DNA of 64,000 nt from the NCBI GenBank assembly GCA_030264375.1, contig JASCQW010000098.1:76303551-76367550 (forward strand), given 5' to 3'. Source of the DNA: Carcharhinus longimanus. Lineage: Eukaryota. Within the stretch, counting starts at the first letter, position 1; each line of letters begins with the position of its first letter. The position numbers and the translations under genes were made by a program. Below the pieces are notes generated by a model. It was given only the letters and a program-made list of their open reading frames with translations. It was not told the origin of the DNA and searched no databases. Below, in pieces: positions 1 through 12,613 of the stretch.

Positions 1-380
1 GGAATAGAGTCTGGGTTGGATTGTGGTTGGTGCAGCCTTGATGAGCCGAATGGCTTCCTTCTGCACTTAGGGATTCCATTATGTTATTTTATGAAATGAT
101 GTTCTGGATTATATCTGATGGCAAAATTATTTTTAAATAATCAGGTACTTTCCCTTTTATAATCTTGAATGACATTTCCTTTCACCTCTACGTAAAGCCT
201 GCAGGATGTCATCAATTGACAAGTATAACACCATTGTCATAGGTCACAAAAATGGGAAATAATAGGAAAATAGAAGAATATTATAAAACTTCTTTGGGAA
301 GGACTTAAATGGCGAATCTCACCTTAAAGCTGTTTGAGGTGAAATTGTTGCAGACAGCGTGAATGCTTCTGAATGAAGAA

Positions 381-1930
381 ATGGCTGCACCATCACTCAG
401 CTTCTCCGATGCTGCATTGGAGATATTGGTTTGGCCCAGTGTATGGGGACAGGATTCTGTTCCCTTCTCAGAGTTAAAAACACCCCCAGCAACACTGCTG
501 CTGATGGTAAAAGATTGTAGAGGACGTTAATGTCAGGAGCTTGGCTCCCATGACAATATTGCAATTCAAGGTGAAATTAATTATCCTCACCGGAATACTA
601 CTCCCTGACTCTTTCCCCACCCTTTCACTGCTCTCAATCCTCCACTCCCTGCTTCCATTCACTCTCCTGTATCACTGCACCATGCCACTGTACCTTCTAA
701 CCTTTCTTTTGCCACCACAATTGCAGCCCTCACTTCTCCAGACATTGTCACTTCCACAGAACAGCCATTTCATCATGACGGGCAAATTCCCTATACACTT
801 CCCAAGAACATAATCCACACAGTTCCTTCTTTCCTCAAGAGAAGGTTATGCATAACATGAGGCAAGGGTTGGTGATCGGATGAAGCTGAGTCTGCTTGCA
901 TATCCCTGTGGAAGAAGCCACACTGGTCCTCACGGGCATGGCTGTGGTGAGAAGCATCACTAAAGGAGATGACAGGTAATGCTTTTTCAAATGTATTCTC
1001 ACCTTATACTCTTTTGTTTCTTTCCTTCTCCACCTTGCACCATCTGCATGACAAACTGCAGCTTCTTTTACTAGCCACTCATCTCTTTCCATTCCCCCTT
1101 ACGCTGACAGCTAAACCTTCTCAATCTCTTTAATTTCAGCTGCTGAAAATGTAGGTGTTCTTGTGCCATTTTATCAGAAGTGGTCATTCTACCTGAAAAT
1201 GCACGATCTCTCACTCTGACACCAGGACCAGTACCACATGTACTTTAGAGGAGGGTGGGGCTTGCACATGATGAATCATTAGCAGCAAGTGTGGCAGCTA
1301 AGGCAAGGAGATAGGAAAGAACAGATGCCAGCTCATCAGAGGACCAGGTCGCATATCAGCTCTGTTCCAAAGCAAAGGATGTAGGTGCCAACTACAAGGT
1401 TCCAGGCAACCAGGGAACACCATGGACATGTCAGGGAATGCTGGATGTACCATGCAGCTGGCTAGTGAGCACTTGCACAATATTGCAGAGATGGGAGGAA
1501 TCCAACTCCAACATTTGTTGGGTTTTCAAGCCGAACATAGAGACTTGTCATCCAGCATGGAGTGAGTGGTCAGCTCCATCGATACCACAGTAGCCACAAG
1601 CACAATCGAGCCTCTGCCGACAGTTCTGACACCTGCCAATGGAAATTCAGATGGGTGCTAGCTTGGCTGTGAGAGCCAGTATTCACAAGGGTATTTGGCG
1701 TGTCACCTCACCCCTGCACTCTCTTCTCACACAGAACCAGAGGAGTGATGAAGCTCAGTTCCTTGCCAGTGGCCTTGGATTCATGGGATAGGCAGCAGCA
1801 CTGCTCCCTCAGAATGACAGAATGCCTGCTCCCATCTGTGGGACAAACTCAGCTTCTCCAGCCCACACCTGAGCTTGCTATCAGGCCCTCAAGGCTCAAA
1901 TGGTTGCCCACCAAGGCCATTTGAAGGGCC
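381..1930 (+). pseudogene. Decayed Harbinger transposon Myb/SANT-like accessory gene
   Basis: ATG at 381 gives MAAPSLSFSDAALEILV; then W*KIVEDVNVRSLAPMTILQFKVKL (cf. W..IA..VNA....RT..QC.KKF.DL). A second segment EKVMHN... at about 840-975 ends in a gtaat donor. Stops and frameshifts present. Confidence 0.6.
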
Positions 1931-2895
1931 CTCAGTGGAAGTTTCTAAAATAAGCATGGTGCATTCTTTTTGACGGTTCATACTATAAAGAAATATGAAT
2001 AAGTCAGACATGTTTTTGGTTTCTTCTGCTAAATTGTTGAATAACTTTTATTTTAAATGATCATTGTTTATGACATTGTTCAAAAGATTGCTGACCCTGA
2101 TATTGTGAAGAAATTTAATCACATGATTCTGAGGCCATATGCTGATGTTCAGTTCCTTCACACTGCTGACCCAGACAACTTGTTTAAGATATTTCCACCA
2201 TTGCTGTGATTGCCATTAAATTTTGAACAATGCACAATAAACATTAAACCAATGCTAATGTCACGCGTGGTTCCTTGCACATGATTTTCAAAATAGATTC
2301 TGTTGATAAGACGTATTCTGCTTCAGTAGCTCATTATTATTCCAATTAACTGTAATATACCTCCTATCTGCTCATGCAGTATAATGTACTCCTTTCATAG
2401 CTTTTTAATAGAGGCAATATTTTAATAAAAATGAGTAAGTATCATTTTTCAATTCCTATGTCTTTGTTGGGCAAGATTCATTTTATAATGATATTGCAAC
2501 ATCAAAATTTTATAATGCCGTTCTGATTATTACTTTATTCCTAATGATGGTTAAGAAACACGAAAGAATGTATCCCAAAGTCCATATATTAAATAATATA
2601 TACAATTTAAATTGTAATTAGACACTTATCTGAAGACCATTCTCAAACTCCAAGCAGAATCCATGAAATGTATGATGATTTGTTCAAATCATTCAAATAA
2701 TTATTTTGGGTCTACTTTCATCAGATATGGTGAGTAATGACTTGGTTTTAATTATTTATTATAGCAGTGTTGAATTAAACATTACTACATTTTAGCCCAG
2801 AAAAGATTGGAGATCATTTTCGACTTTGGCAGAGGTGGAAAACTGATGGTAGTGAATCGGATGATGGAAAGGAAAAATGGTGGGATATGTTCAAT

Positions 2896-3205
2896 TTAAA
2901 AGATAAGGTTTATTTCATACTCACAGGTAGGCTTACATGCAGTAACATGCGGTGAAGTTACATGTGAGAATCCCCGAGATGCCACATTCTGGCACCCGTT
3001 CAGGTACACTGAGGGGGAATTTAGCATGACCAATGTACCTAACCAGCTCATCTTTTGGACTGTGGGAGAAAAATCAGAGCACCTGGAGGAAACCCACATA
3101 GACACGGGGAGAATGTACAAACCCCACATAGACAGTGTCCTGAGCTGGGAATCGAACCTGCATCTCTGGCGCTGTGAGGCAGCAGTGCTAACCACTGTGT
3201 GACCG
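2896..3205 (-). mobile_element. V-SINE (HE1-like head, alternative 'type 2' tail)
   Basis: tRNA-like head (cacagtggttagcactgctgcctcacagcgccag) and V core on -, with the type 2 tail. Confidence 0.85.
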
Positions 3206-3229
3206 TTCACCTGCACCCCCGATATGTAG

Positions 3230-3940
3230 CGAATAGCCCATTCAATAATGCCAGTTTTAAAATTCTCATCCTTGTTTTCATTTCAGATCCCTCCATACCC
3301 TGTCTATCTTTATCTCTGTAGCCTTCTATAGCCCTACAATACTCTGAGGTATTGGCAGCCTTTGATTCCAGTTGCTTATACATCTCTGTTCTTTTTTGCT
3401 TTGACATTAGCAGCTGTGTCTTCAGCTGTCTCGGCTTTAATTTCTCAAATTCCCGTCCCAAATCTCGCCACCTCTCCATCTTGCTTTCCACCTGCACAGT
3501 GGCACAGTGGCTAGCACTGCTGCTTCCCAGCACCAGGTACCCGGGTTCGATTCCCAGCTTGGGTCATTGTCTGTGCAGAGTCTGCATGTTCTCTCTGTGT
3601 CTGCGTGTGTTTCTTCCAGGTGCTCCCGTTTCCTCCTACAGTCTGAAGTGCTGGTTAGGTGCATTGGCCATGCTAAATTCTCCCTCAGTATACCCGAACA
3701 GGCAGCTAGGAGTGTCGACGAGGGGATTTTCACAGTAACTTCATTACAATGTTAACATAAGCCTACTTGTGACACTAATAAATAAACAGAGAGATGCTCT
3801 TTAACCAAGTTTTTGGTCACCTGTTGTGGCATTCATATATGATTCAGTGTCAAATTCCCATGGATTATTGCTGCTGTGAAGGGCTGCAGGAAGTTGACTA
3901 AAAGTGCTGTATGAATGAAAGTTGTCAGTGTTGTTGTTTT
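3230..3940 (+). mobile_element. Old L2 LINE 3' fragment interrupted by a SINE
   Basis: ttttaaaattctcatccttgttttc... resumes after the SINE as ctctttaaccaagtttttggtcacctg... and ends in a gttgttgtt tail. Confidence 0.55.
3495..3786 (+). mobile_element. V-SINE, type 2 tail
   Basis: gtggcacagtggctagcactgctg...ttttcacagtaacttcattacaatgttaacataagcctacttgtgacactaataaa. Confidence 0.88.
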
Positions 3941-4039
3941 CCACCCCCACTCAAACTGAAATTTATCCCCGTTATTTCCAGCACTGTGTTCATGTGGAAC
4001 TTCCTATCCACTGGATTAAAGGGAAGCTAACACAGAAAA

Positions 4040-4174
4040 GGCTGGAATTCTCCACACTCACATGCCCCACTGTTGCTGCTAGCAAGAGTGGAAAATTTGG
4101 CACTCAGTCAAATCTCTGTTCACAGGAGAGGATAGGAGAATCTCAGCTGCGGGCAAGGTTGGAGAATTCCAGCC
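4040..4174. mobile_element. 135-bp Harbinger-type MITE
   Basis: Perfect 15-bp TIR GGCTGGAATTCTCCA/TGGAGAATTCCAGCC with 3-bp TSD AAA. Confidence 0.75.
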
Positions 4175-4199
4175 AAAATATGCAGGTTAACGTCTCCCA

Positions 4200-6285
4200 A
4201 AAAATATTAAACGAATAAGAGACAATCTGTGTGGACCCTAAGCTTTTCGTGGGATATGACTAACGTTCCTTGTTCTAGACCTATTCAAGGCTCTTCCTCA
4301 TCTCTTTCTCCATTACATTGATGACCATATTGATAATGTTTCCCACACCTGCGTGGAACTGGAAAATTACGTTTACCATGTCGAAAATTACATAGACCAT
4401 GTAGATAATGGCCGCGATTCTCCCATTGTGACCCACAACTTTTCTGTTGAGTCGCAGTGGGAGATGCGCATCTGCGGCCTTGAACAGGGATTTGTGCGTG
4501 CGCTGGGAATGCGTGCGTATCTCCCAGAGCTGGCGAACAGTCGGTCAGGCCATGCTGGAAACCAGCGGGAAGGCAGGTAAGTCATTTAAATCTTTGCTGC
4601 AGGTATTTTAAGTATGTATATAAGTTAATTATTGGGACCTTTCAGGTCCCAACTGAATCTCCCAATCTGCTAGGAGGACTTCATTCTGGCAGGGTTCAAA
4701 CTAGCTCTTCACATTTGGGGAACTATTAGGAGACCCCGCCAGATTGGAGGGGGGGCAATCGGTAGCCCCCAGGGGGTCGGGCAGTGGGGAGATGGTGCTC
4801 CCTGGGCATGGGCACCCTGGCAGTGCCAGTCTGTGCCCCCAGCACTGCCCATGCCCAGGGGGCACCTTGGCACAGGGCATTGGGCAGTGCCAAGGGGGCA
4901 GGGCCTACGATGGGCAATGCCTAGGAGCAATCGGGGGGAGTGGGAGGTCCCGTTGCCACTCTGCATTGGGATGGAGGGAGGGCAGTGATTGGGGTGGGCT
5001 GGAGAGGCAGGCTGGTCTGCCAGGGAGGGAGGAGGGGTGCCTGTGTCGGGGGGGTGGCGGTTAGTCTGCCGGGGTGAGAGGGGTGGACGGATTGCCATTG
5101 CTGGGGGTGAGACCTGGACATGAGGGCGCTCCAGGACACGGGGTGTCAGGGTTGGCCCGGGAATTGTTGTGGGGGCCGCCATCGGGCTGTGGGGAGGGCT
5201 GGAGGGACAGCAACGTGGGGATCCCAGGCTGGCCAGTGATCGGGCTGGCCAGCAAATGGGAGGTTGATAGTTTGGGGCCAACGTGCATGCGCAGAGCTCC
5301 AGAACTGTCAAACTCCGGTGCAAATAGACCCTGCTCCCCACCCCGGGTTTTTAATGAGATTCCCTACTGGGGCCTCTTCAGTGCACAGAGTGCGGAGATT
5401 CAGGTGAAAAGCTGAACTGACAGTAGAGTTGGGATTTAGAACAGTTTTCCCAGCAATGCAGACACTTTTGGGAGAATCGCAGCCAAGCCTCCCAAGCTCT
5501 CTCGGAACTGGAAAACTACATTGATTTTGCTTGCAATCATCTCTGCCGTCACCTGGTCCATCTCCAAGCTTTCCCCCTCTTGACTTTTCTGTCTCCATTT
5601 CTCAGGGTAGAATATAAATTGGTATTCATTGTAAATCCTTGGACTTCCCAGTTACTGTGACTACACTTCCTCCCCTTCACTTCCTGTAAGAACTCTTACT
5701 CAATTCTCCCCATTTTGCCAACTCTGTAGTGTCTGTCCAAGTGATGCAATCTTCCATTTTAGCACTTTGAATATTTTTGCTTCTCTTCAATCAATGCTTG
5801 CCCTCAGTGTGGTTAGCAGGGTCCTTCACTGTGTCAGATCCATTTCACACATTTTGAGTCACCCCTTCCCCCCCACCTCTCAGAAGCATGATGAGGCTCA
5901 CTTTGCCCTCACCTTCCACCTGTCAGCCTCCATATACAATAGAGCATCCTCCACTATATCCATCATCTCCAGTGTGAGGCTACCACCAAACACATCCTCC
6001 CTTCTCCTCCACTTTCAGCTTTCTGAAGAGACCATTTCCTCTGCGACGTTCTGGTCCATTCCGCAGTCACCCCCAATATCCCCTCCATTTCTTACGGTAC
6101 CTTTCCATCTAAGCACGGAAGACACAACACCTGCACTTTCACCTCCTGTACTGTACAAGGCCACAAACACTCCTTAAGTGATACAACGATTCACTTGCTC
6201 TTCTTTCAATTCAGCATCTTGTATTTGTTGTTCACAATGTGATCCCCCTCCATTGGGGAAATCAGGTAATAGACTGAGCAATTCA
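4200..6285 (+). mobile_element. Decayed Penelope-like element (RT to GIY-YIG), split by a MITE
   Basis: LFLHYIDD RT motif at about 4302. Downstream remnants of the WSIS..PFLD, DYTSS and LTFH.S blocks. GIY-YIG-region QRFTCSSFN..CICCSQC..IGE at about 6184-6260. Confidence 0.8.
4410..5484. mobile_element. 1.07-kb GC-rich non-autonomous Harbinger-type element
   Basis: TIR GGCCGCGATTCTCCCA/TGGGAGAATCGCAGCC (15/16), flanks aat/aag. Same family as 7753-8784 in the opposite orientation. Confidence 0.75.
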
Positions 6286-7752
6286 AAATCTAATTCCAAT
6301 TTGAAGAAAATCTACTCTTTGACATATAACAAATGAAGCATTGGTAAGGTAAGGTTTATGCCCAGCTGCTGGCCTGGATTAGCTTCTGTTGTAGCATTCT
6401 CCAGAATTACTGTAATATATTAATGGAATATAGTGAACTATATCTTCCAAAAACAGCAGAGGTCTGCCCTTTATTGTCACTTTTTCCTATTAAAGGGCTA
6501 CTTGGTTTTGGAATGTGTACTTCCCAAGAGTGCAACTTTATTAAAAGTGACAAAAAAATTGGCAGTCACAATGTACTTGAGTTAATTCTCTCAAGCTACA
6601 CAGTCATTTAACTGGCTTCTATTTTCAACAAAAGAAAATACTGGTTTATGAAGTTGTGCGGTGCACAATGTTCATAATTACTGATTCAATGAAAACTGAC
6701 AAGACTCTGTTTTAGCAATCAGGTTCCGGATAACTGGTAATTCCTGTAATGGAATATCACAATCAGATTTGGTGGGATAGGGTGGCCCCACTGGGAGGTT
6801 TGGGAGAAGATGCATGACATAAAGATCACAAAGGCAAGATGTGAATATTGCTGTCACATTGCAGATTACACATAGATCTATTGACATGAGGAAATAATTT
6901 TGTTAAAGCTGCATGCAAAATCTGATCTGTGCTTGTGTTTCAGCGAGGAAAGAAAGATTGCTGATTGAGTTATGGAAAATTTAGTACTACTGGTGACAGT
7001 AAGAGAACAGTTAGGAAATAATGCATGTAATGATGTCAGGTTCAGTGCAAAAATACAGTCAAAAATGAGGATGCTAAACCAGAAAAAGGGAAAAGCTTAG
7101 CTGGATCAGAAGATATCTGACCCAAATTAACTGGGTAGAAAAGTTACAGAAAGCTTAACATATCAACAGTGCAAAATAACAGCTTTCAACATGAAGAGGA
7201 TATATCCAAGAATTGAGGCTGGAATTTTCCAGCCTTTCACAGCGGTGCGATCTTCCAATCCCACCGATGTGAATGGAGGTTTCAGTGGCTGGTTGGCCCA
7301 GTCGCAGTGGTGAGACTTCCAAGATGTGTCTGTAACTTATTCAAATCATTTAAATCTCCAGGCCTCCTCTTGATCATACAGACCTTGGCAATGTCCTTTT
7401 TATTAATTGTATCTCCGTCATTTCTTTGTCCTCCAAACTAGCACTTTAAGCCTTTCCACATATAGTAAAATAAAATAATTAAACTGTTTGTAGAACCACT
7501 TAGGGATGAAAGAGATTGTGCAGGACAAAAATATGGTGAAGATATTAAATAAATATCTTGAATTAATATTTATAAATCATGGTGAAACTAGATGGTTGGT
7601 ATACTGGAGAAGCATTTGGAACAAATGTTAGATGTAACTGCGGAACCCAATAGGATGAATCACTGTGCTGTGATGACAGGAGCTCCAAGTCATTGGAAGC
7701 CAGTCCCAACTGGAGAACAGTCCCAACGTCTCCAATTATCCTCAAAACTGAA

Positions 7753-8784
7753 GGCCACGATTCTCGCAAAAGATTCTAAGTGTTGAATTCATGAGAAAAC
7801 TGGTATAAATCAAGCTGGTTTTTTCAGTGTAACTTTGGACAAGAATCTCCCATACTCTGTGCACTGCAGAGGTCACAATCGGGAATTTCACAGTAACTTC
7901 ATTGCAGTGTTAATGTAAGCCTGCTTGTGACACTAATAAATTAACTTTATATCATTAAAAGCTCGGGAGGGGCAGGGCCTATTCACGCCAGAGGCTGACA
8001 GCTCTGGAACTCTTGTACATGGACAATGGTCCCGAACTGTCAGCCTGCAGTTTGCTGGCCAACTCGATTGCTGGCCAGCTGGGGAACCTCGTAGTGCTGC
8101 CTCTCCACCCCCCCACGGTCTGACCGCAGCTCCCACCGTCCATTCACAGGCCAACTCCAAACACCCGTCCCATCCCGTCCCAATTGCTGGCCTCCCTCCT
8201 GCCCTCGTTGATCACAATGACAGAGTAGCAGCGGGTCCCGCACCCCAATTAATTGCCCCCTGGGCCCCACCTCCTTGGTATTGCCCTATTCCTGGTGGGC
8301 ACTGCCAAGATGTACCCGGGCACAGGCAATTCTGCCCTTGGCTAGTGCCGGGGTACAGGCTGACACCACCAGGGTGTCCATGTCCAGGGGGCACCACATC
8401 CCCCCGTCACCTGACACACTGCTGGGCCCTGATTGCGCCCCCTTCACTCCAGCAGGATCGGCCCACGAGTTCCCCGAAAGTGGGGAGCTAGTCTGAACCC
8501 CGCAAAAGTGAACTACTCTTGAAGGGGTGGGAGATGCTAGCAGGCCCGGAGAAATCAGTCCCAGGCTCGCTAATCAGATTTAAATTACATTAAAAGTAGA
8601 TTTAAAGCACTTATCTGGTGTTCCCGCCGGTTTTCAGCATGGCTCAGATAGCGCCGGATATCCAGTGCTGGGAGATGTGCACGCAGTGGGGATGCATGCA
8701 TGAATCCCATGTATTAACGGACATGCGATTCTCCCAGACTGCCGCGCTAAAACATTAACACAGCGGGGAGGGAGAATCACCCCC
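7753..8784. mobile_element. 1.03-kb GC-rich non-autonomous Harbinger-type element inserted in a CR1 fragment
   Basis: Imperfect TIRs GGCCACGATTCTC/GAGAATCACCCCC with 3-bp TSD GAA. Contains an inserted SINE tail at about 7886-7940. Confidence 0.75.
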
Positions 8785-10144
8785 GAAGTTTCTCATCCCT
8801 GGAACAATTTTGTAAACCTCTTCTGTACTCTGTCCTTCCTATAGTGTGATGTCCAGAACTGTACACAACATTCCAGCTGAGATCTAACTCTTGTCTTCCC
8901 TTTCTTCCTTCTTTGGGGACCTTTCCTCCTCTGAAGGTTATGCTCTGTTTGTCTGTCAGACCCAGAGATCATGCAGCTACATTAACTATACTTGTAGGTG
9001 ACACGGCGCTGAATTTTTAGGTCCCACTGACATCAGGAATGGAGCCAGTTAGAGCTTGAAAAGTATGAGGCCAGCCATTGTATTGCTTCCTAGCACCATT
9101 CCCCAAATTGGCCACAAGGATGGCAGGCAATTAGACTTGTTAAGAGCTTTCTTAAAGTGGAGACCAAAGTTGAATTTTATTCCCCTCTCTCAAAGTCCCA
9201 AGTTGCTGTTCTACATAACATTCAGTTCATTCCAATATTATTTCAGTAACGATTGGCAGCCCTAATATTTTACAATGTAATTTGTTGAAGTAAGTTTGTT
9301 AGATGAATACAAATGATGGATTAAATGCTAAAACGAATGGCGATAATCAAGCACATTCTATTGTTTGTGACAATCAAGATGTATTTTAAGGCGGTTGCAT
9401 AGATCATGCAATTGTAAAATGCTCTTAAAAATCATTTATGTGTTGACAAAGCCCATGATGCCTCTTCAGTGATGAACAATTTATTTCAGTAATGTTGCAT
9501 CACAGTGTTGTCTCCCAGACAGGTCAGACATCTAATCAGAGAATTGTGACTAAGGTTCCATTGTGCCTGAGGATTGCTCAAGATAAGATCATTCACCATC
9601 TTAGGGATAAATGCTTCAGCCTGATGTGTGGCCTTTTCTGGAAGTAATAATGAAACTAGACATTCAAAATTAGCCAGCCCTAAAATAATTCAGACATAGA
9701 TTTAACCCTTTGAAGTCCACAGTATTTATGGATTATGATATCTAGTAAAAATTCTTGACCCTGAATTTATGCTAGACATAAATCTGTCCTCCCCTAGAAG
9801 GCATTTGATATTAGAGGTGGGGACAGGAGAGAGAATCCTCTGCTCTCAGGGACCAGTATGCCGTCAGCACGTGTGTCTGGGTTCGTCAGAACCCTTAAAA
9901 GTTCAGTAGGGTCAGTGGCAGAGTACTGTGCTAGCACAATCCCAGCCTATTTGTTAGGGTCACGCCCCCTCCTCTCTCTCTCTCCCTCTCTCTCTCTTCC
10001 CCCTCACCCCCCCCTCGATTTTTTTAGGCCGTTGTTTTCTCCAGTGTTACTTGCATTACGGAATACAATTTGGGAATGTGCCATTGTTTATATCATGCAA
10101 TCTGAGGGGAAGAATTGTTGGTCAACATGTTGAAGTGTGATCAA

Positions 10145-11370
10145 CGTAAGAACTAGGAGCAGAAGTAGGCAATTCAGTCCCTTGAACCTTCTCCGCCATT
10201 TAATATGATCGTAGCTGATCTTGTCTCATTCTCAATGCCACTTTCTGCCTGTTCTCCATAAATCTTCAACCCATTATTAATTAAAAATCTGTCTATCTCC
10301 TCTTTAAATTTACTCAATGTCCCGGCATCCATTGTACTCTGGGGTAGTGAATTCCACAGATTCATGACCCTCTGAGAGAAGCCTCCAATGCAACTATATT
10401 TCCTCTTCAAGTAAGGGGCCAAAATTGCACACAGTACTTCAGATGCGCGCTCACTAGTGCATTGTACAGTCACAGCAACATTTCACTACTTTTATACTCT
10501 GTTCCTTTAACAATGATTTTCAATATAATTTACCTTCCTTATTACCTGCTGTAACTGCATACTAGTTTTCTGTGATTCATGTATGAGGACACCCACACCC
10601 CCATTCCCCCTGATTCCTCTACACTGAAGCATTCTTTTCTCCATTTGGATAACAAGTTGCCTTTTCAATTTTCCCAGCCAGAATGGATAATCTCACGCTT
10701 ATGCACGTTAAACTCCATCTACCAAATGTTGGCCCACTCACCTAATCTATCCATATCTGTTTATAAATTTCTTATTTCCTCACGGTAACTTACTATCCTA
10801 CCTACTTTAGTGTAATTTGCAAGTTTATAGCACCCTCTATCCCTGTATCCAAGTGATTTGTGTAGATTGTAAATAGTTGGGGCCCGAGGACTGAACCCTG
10901 TGGCACCCCACGAGTTACATCTTGCAACCCAAAAAAGACCCATTTATCCCTACCCTCTGTGTTCCATTAGTTAGCCAATCTCTACCCAAGCTAATTACCC
11001 CTAACCCAATGTGATCTTACCTTGTGTAGGGCATAAAAATAACGATAATGTGTAGGAAGAAAACTTCAAATGATTTGTTTGTGAGTGGGCTAATCAATGG
11101 CAGATGCAGTATAATTTGGACAAGTGTGAGGTTATTCACTTTGGAAGCAAAAACAAGAAAGCAGATTGCTACCTGAATGGCTGTAACTTGGGAGAGGGNN
11201 NNNNNNNNNNNNNNNNNNNNNNNNNNNNNNNNNNNNNNNNNNNNNNNNNNNNNNNNNNNNNNNNNNNNNNNNNNNNNNNNNNNNNNNNNNNNNNNNNNGC
11301 GAACTTTGTACTCAACGCTCTGGTCGATGAAGGCAAGCATGCCATATGTCTTTTTAATATATTGACGAGA
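10145..11370 (-). mobile_element. CR1/HER1 LINE 3' fragment with an inverted internal piece
   Basis: Minus-strand FSQRVMNLWNSLPQ...FKEEIDRFL and 3' UTR. Plus-strand WQMQYNLDKCEVIHFG at about 11098-11198 next to an N gap. Confidence 0.85.
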
Positions 11371-11379
11371 TGATCACTT

Positions 11380-11670
11380 GGGTGGCCCGGTGGAACAGTG
11401 ATCAGCACTGCTGCCTCACAGGGACCTGGGTTCGATTCCTGGTTTGGGTCACTGGCTGTGTGGAGTCTGCACGTCCTCCCCATGTCTGCATGGGTTTCCT
11501 CTGGGTGCTCTGGTTTCCTCCCACAGTCCGAAAGACGATTAGGTGCATTGGCCATGCTAAATTCTTCCTCAGTGTACCCGAACAGGCATTGGAGTGTGGC
11601 GACTAGGGGATTTTCATAGTAACTTCATTGTAATGTTAATGTAAGCCTACTTGTGACTAATAAATAAATT
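11380..11670 (+). mobile_element. V-SINE, type 2 tail
   Basis: Same head, core and tail as 3495-3786. Confidence 0.85.
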
Positions 11671-12613
11671 TTAACTTGAACTTTTGATGAGTAAGCCAAG
11701 CGATTGACAATATGCTAGCAAATATCTGTGGGTTTTACCCTCCTTTTGTGGCATTACGTAGAGTAGTCCAGCCAAGATCAGGACTTTGGGAGGAGCAGTG
11801 AGAAAAAGTCCCCTACATCAGCCCGCATCCATTCTTCTGCGGCTTTGCAATTTATCATCTAGTTTAACATTATTGGAAGTAATAGATCCAACATGTGATT
11901 GCAATTAAAGCTGTGATGGACAGAATTTTGGTCTCTTAGGAAATCAGGGGAGCAGACTGAAAGTGAAGTTAAGGCAATGATTAGTGGCAATCTTATTGAA
12001 TAGCAGAGCAGGGATGAGGGTCTGTAGTCTACTCCTGCTCCCATTTCTTATATTCAATCAATTGCAAATTGCCTTTATATAAATTACCAGTAAACGACAC
12101 AGTTATTGTCAATGGTGCAAATTTGGAGGATGAATCATCTGGTTAGTTGCCCAGTACAATCTGATTACCCACTCACACTGAAACTGTATACAATATAAAG
12201 TGTTTCCCACGTCACAGAATGGTCTCAAAGGCTTCTATTTAGATTGTTAAGTGGTAAGAGCAGGATGGAGTGTTTTTCTAAACATTTATTGAATCCTCCG
12301 CTGAATAACAGTTATGTCAATTGGTTGTCAAAGCTGCAAGCAACTGGAAATCAACATAATGTCCTCTGTTACAGTCCTGGGACATTTTCTCCCATCTGTG
12401 GGTTCCTATCTGTTCTGAGTTTTGTAATTACATCTTAGATAAAGAAGGTGGGACTAAGACTCAAAGCTTAACCAAGCATGCACTTGTTCATCCAACCATT
12501 AGTTGATGACCGTCACCTTTTCTGTTTTAATTACATTTTTGACATGCCACATTCATGGCACAGGTCTGCCATCTGTCTTGACATGACCAGAACAGGGTCA
12601 CCTGGAAATGTTA

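Noticed and set aside
4709-5341. 210-aa Pro-rich ORF and overlapping ORFs
   Set aside because: Entirely within a GC-rich MITE with low stop density; no recognisable domain.
6942-6990. ARKERLLIELWKI after a tttcag resembles the upstream MTUS2 exon (KEKELSIELANI)
   Set aside because: In-frame stop, wrong phase and no suitable donor; likely chance similarity.
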